Below, piece after piece: positions 31,850 through 32,000 of a stretch of 32,000 nucleotides of DNA. Source of the stretch: Candidatus Nanobsidianus stetteri (GTDB taxonomy: Archaea; Nanobdellota; Nanobdellia; Nanobdellales; Nanobdellaceae); NCBI GenBank assembly GCA_000387965.1, contig APJZ01000004.1, positions 1 to 32,000 on the forward strand. Reading direction: 5' to 3'. The notes below the pieces were generated by a model. It was not told the DNA's origin. It saw only the letters and a list, made by a program, of their open reading frames with translations, and searched no databases. Both the position numbers and the translations under genes were made by a program. Every line of letters begins with the position of its first letter. Position 1 is the first letter of the stretch.

Positions 31850-32000
31850 ATGGAAATATTGGATATAAAAATACCTGACAATGCAATAAAAGTAAATATA
31901 TATTCAAGTTCCTTTAGAGATTTGGAAAAAATACCAAAGGATTATACATGTGAAGGAAAAAATATATCATTTCCAATAGTAATTGAAGAAATACCAAATA
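31850..32000 (+). CDS. PEBP / YbhB-YbcL family protein (partial, continues past the right edge)
   Basis: MEILDIKIPDNAIKVNIYSSSFRDLEKIPKDYTCEGKNISFPIVIEEIPN. The motif IPxxYTCxGxNISxP is typical of the family. Confidence 0.7.
   Translation, partial: MEILDIKIPDNAIKVNIYSSSFRDLEKIPKDYTCEGKNISFPIVIEEIPN

Noticed and set aside
1-32000. CRISPR arrays, transposases, integrases, rRNA genes and split tRNA halves
   Set aside because: I looked for regularly spaced repeats, IS-like terminal inverted repeats, DDE or tyrosine recombinase motifs, and GC-rich islands beyond the tRNA, the sRNA and the 3284-3342 patch. None was found.

Overview
This is a very AT-rich (about three quarters A+T by eye, not computed), tightly packed archaeal chromosomal segment. 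The archaeal assignment rests on archaeal-type PheRS alpha/beta, Bud32, archease, RNase P Rpp30, eS26, a canonical C/D box sRNA and TTTATAAA-type TATA boxes about 22-31 nt upstream of start codons, which implies leaderless mRNAs. The GC-rich tRNA stems in an AT-rich background suggest a thermophile with a reduced genome. This could be a crenarchaeote/TACK or DPANN/Nanoarchaeota-like organism, but the lineage cannot be settled from the sequence alone.

Content from left to right:
- A dTDP-rhamnose/glycosyltransferase cluster with a duplicated GT 5' end.
- A poorly characterised accessory stretch (3.3-8.8 kb): an internally duplicated membrane protein, an orphan 357-aa protein, two tandem HExxH paralogs, and a COG1373-type AAA ATPase with a nuclease-like C-terminus whose promoter is bracketed by twin palindromes.
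- A decaying zone with a short MscS-like gene and an EamA pseudogene.
- Two consecutive twin-arginine (TAT) signal proteins.
- An HTH/coiled-coil protein and a pyrimidine-dimer glycosylase.
- An operon of a 2-oxoacid:ferredoxin oxidoreductase alpha subunit, MtaB and a hypothetical protein.
- gpmA, tRNA-Cys and serS.
- A gene string of eS26, pheT, pheS, NTase and bud32.
- rnp3, then two large Asn/Tyr-rich DUF2341/LamG surface proteins.
- secF, archease, an unannotated C/D box sRNA and a PEBP gene fragment.

I recognised no CRISPR array, transposase or integrase. The best candidates for something undescribed are the ATPase/HExxH/orphan cassette with its operator-like palindromes, the overlapping surface-protein pair and the TAT pair. 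All functional calls come from motif recognition by eye; no searches were run.
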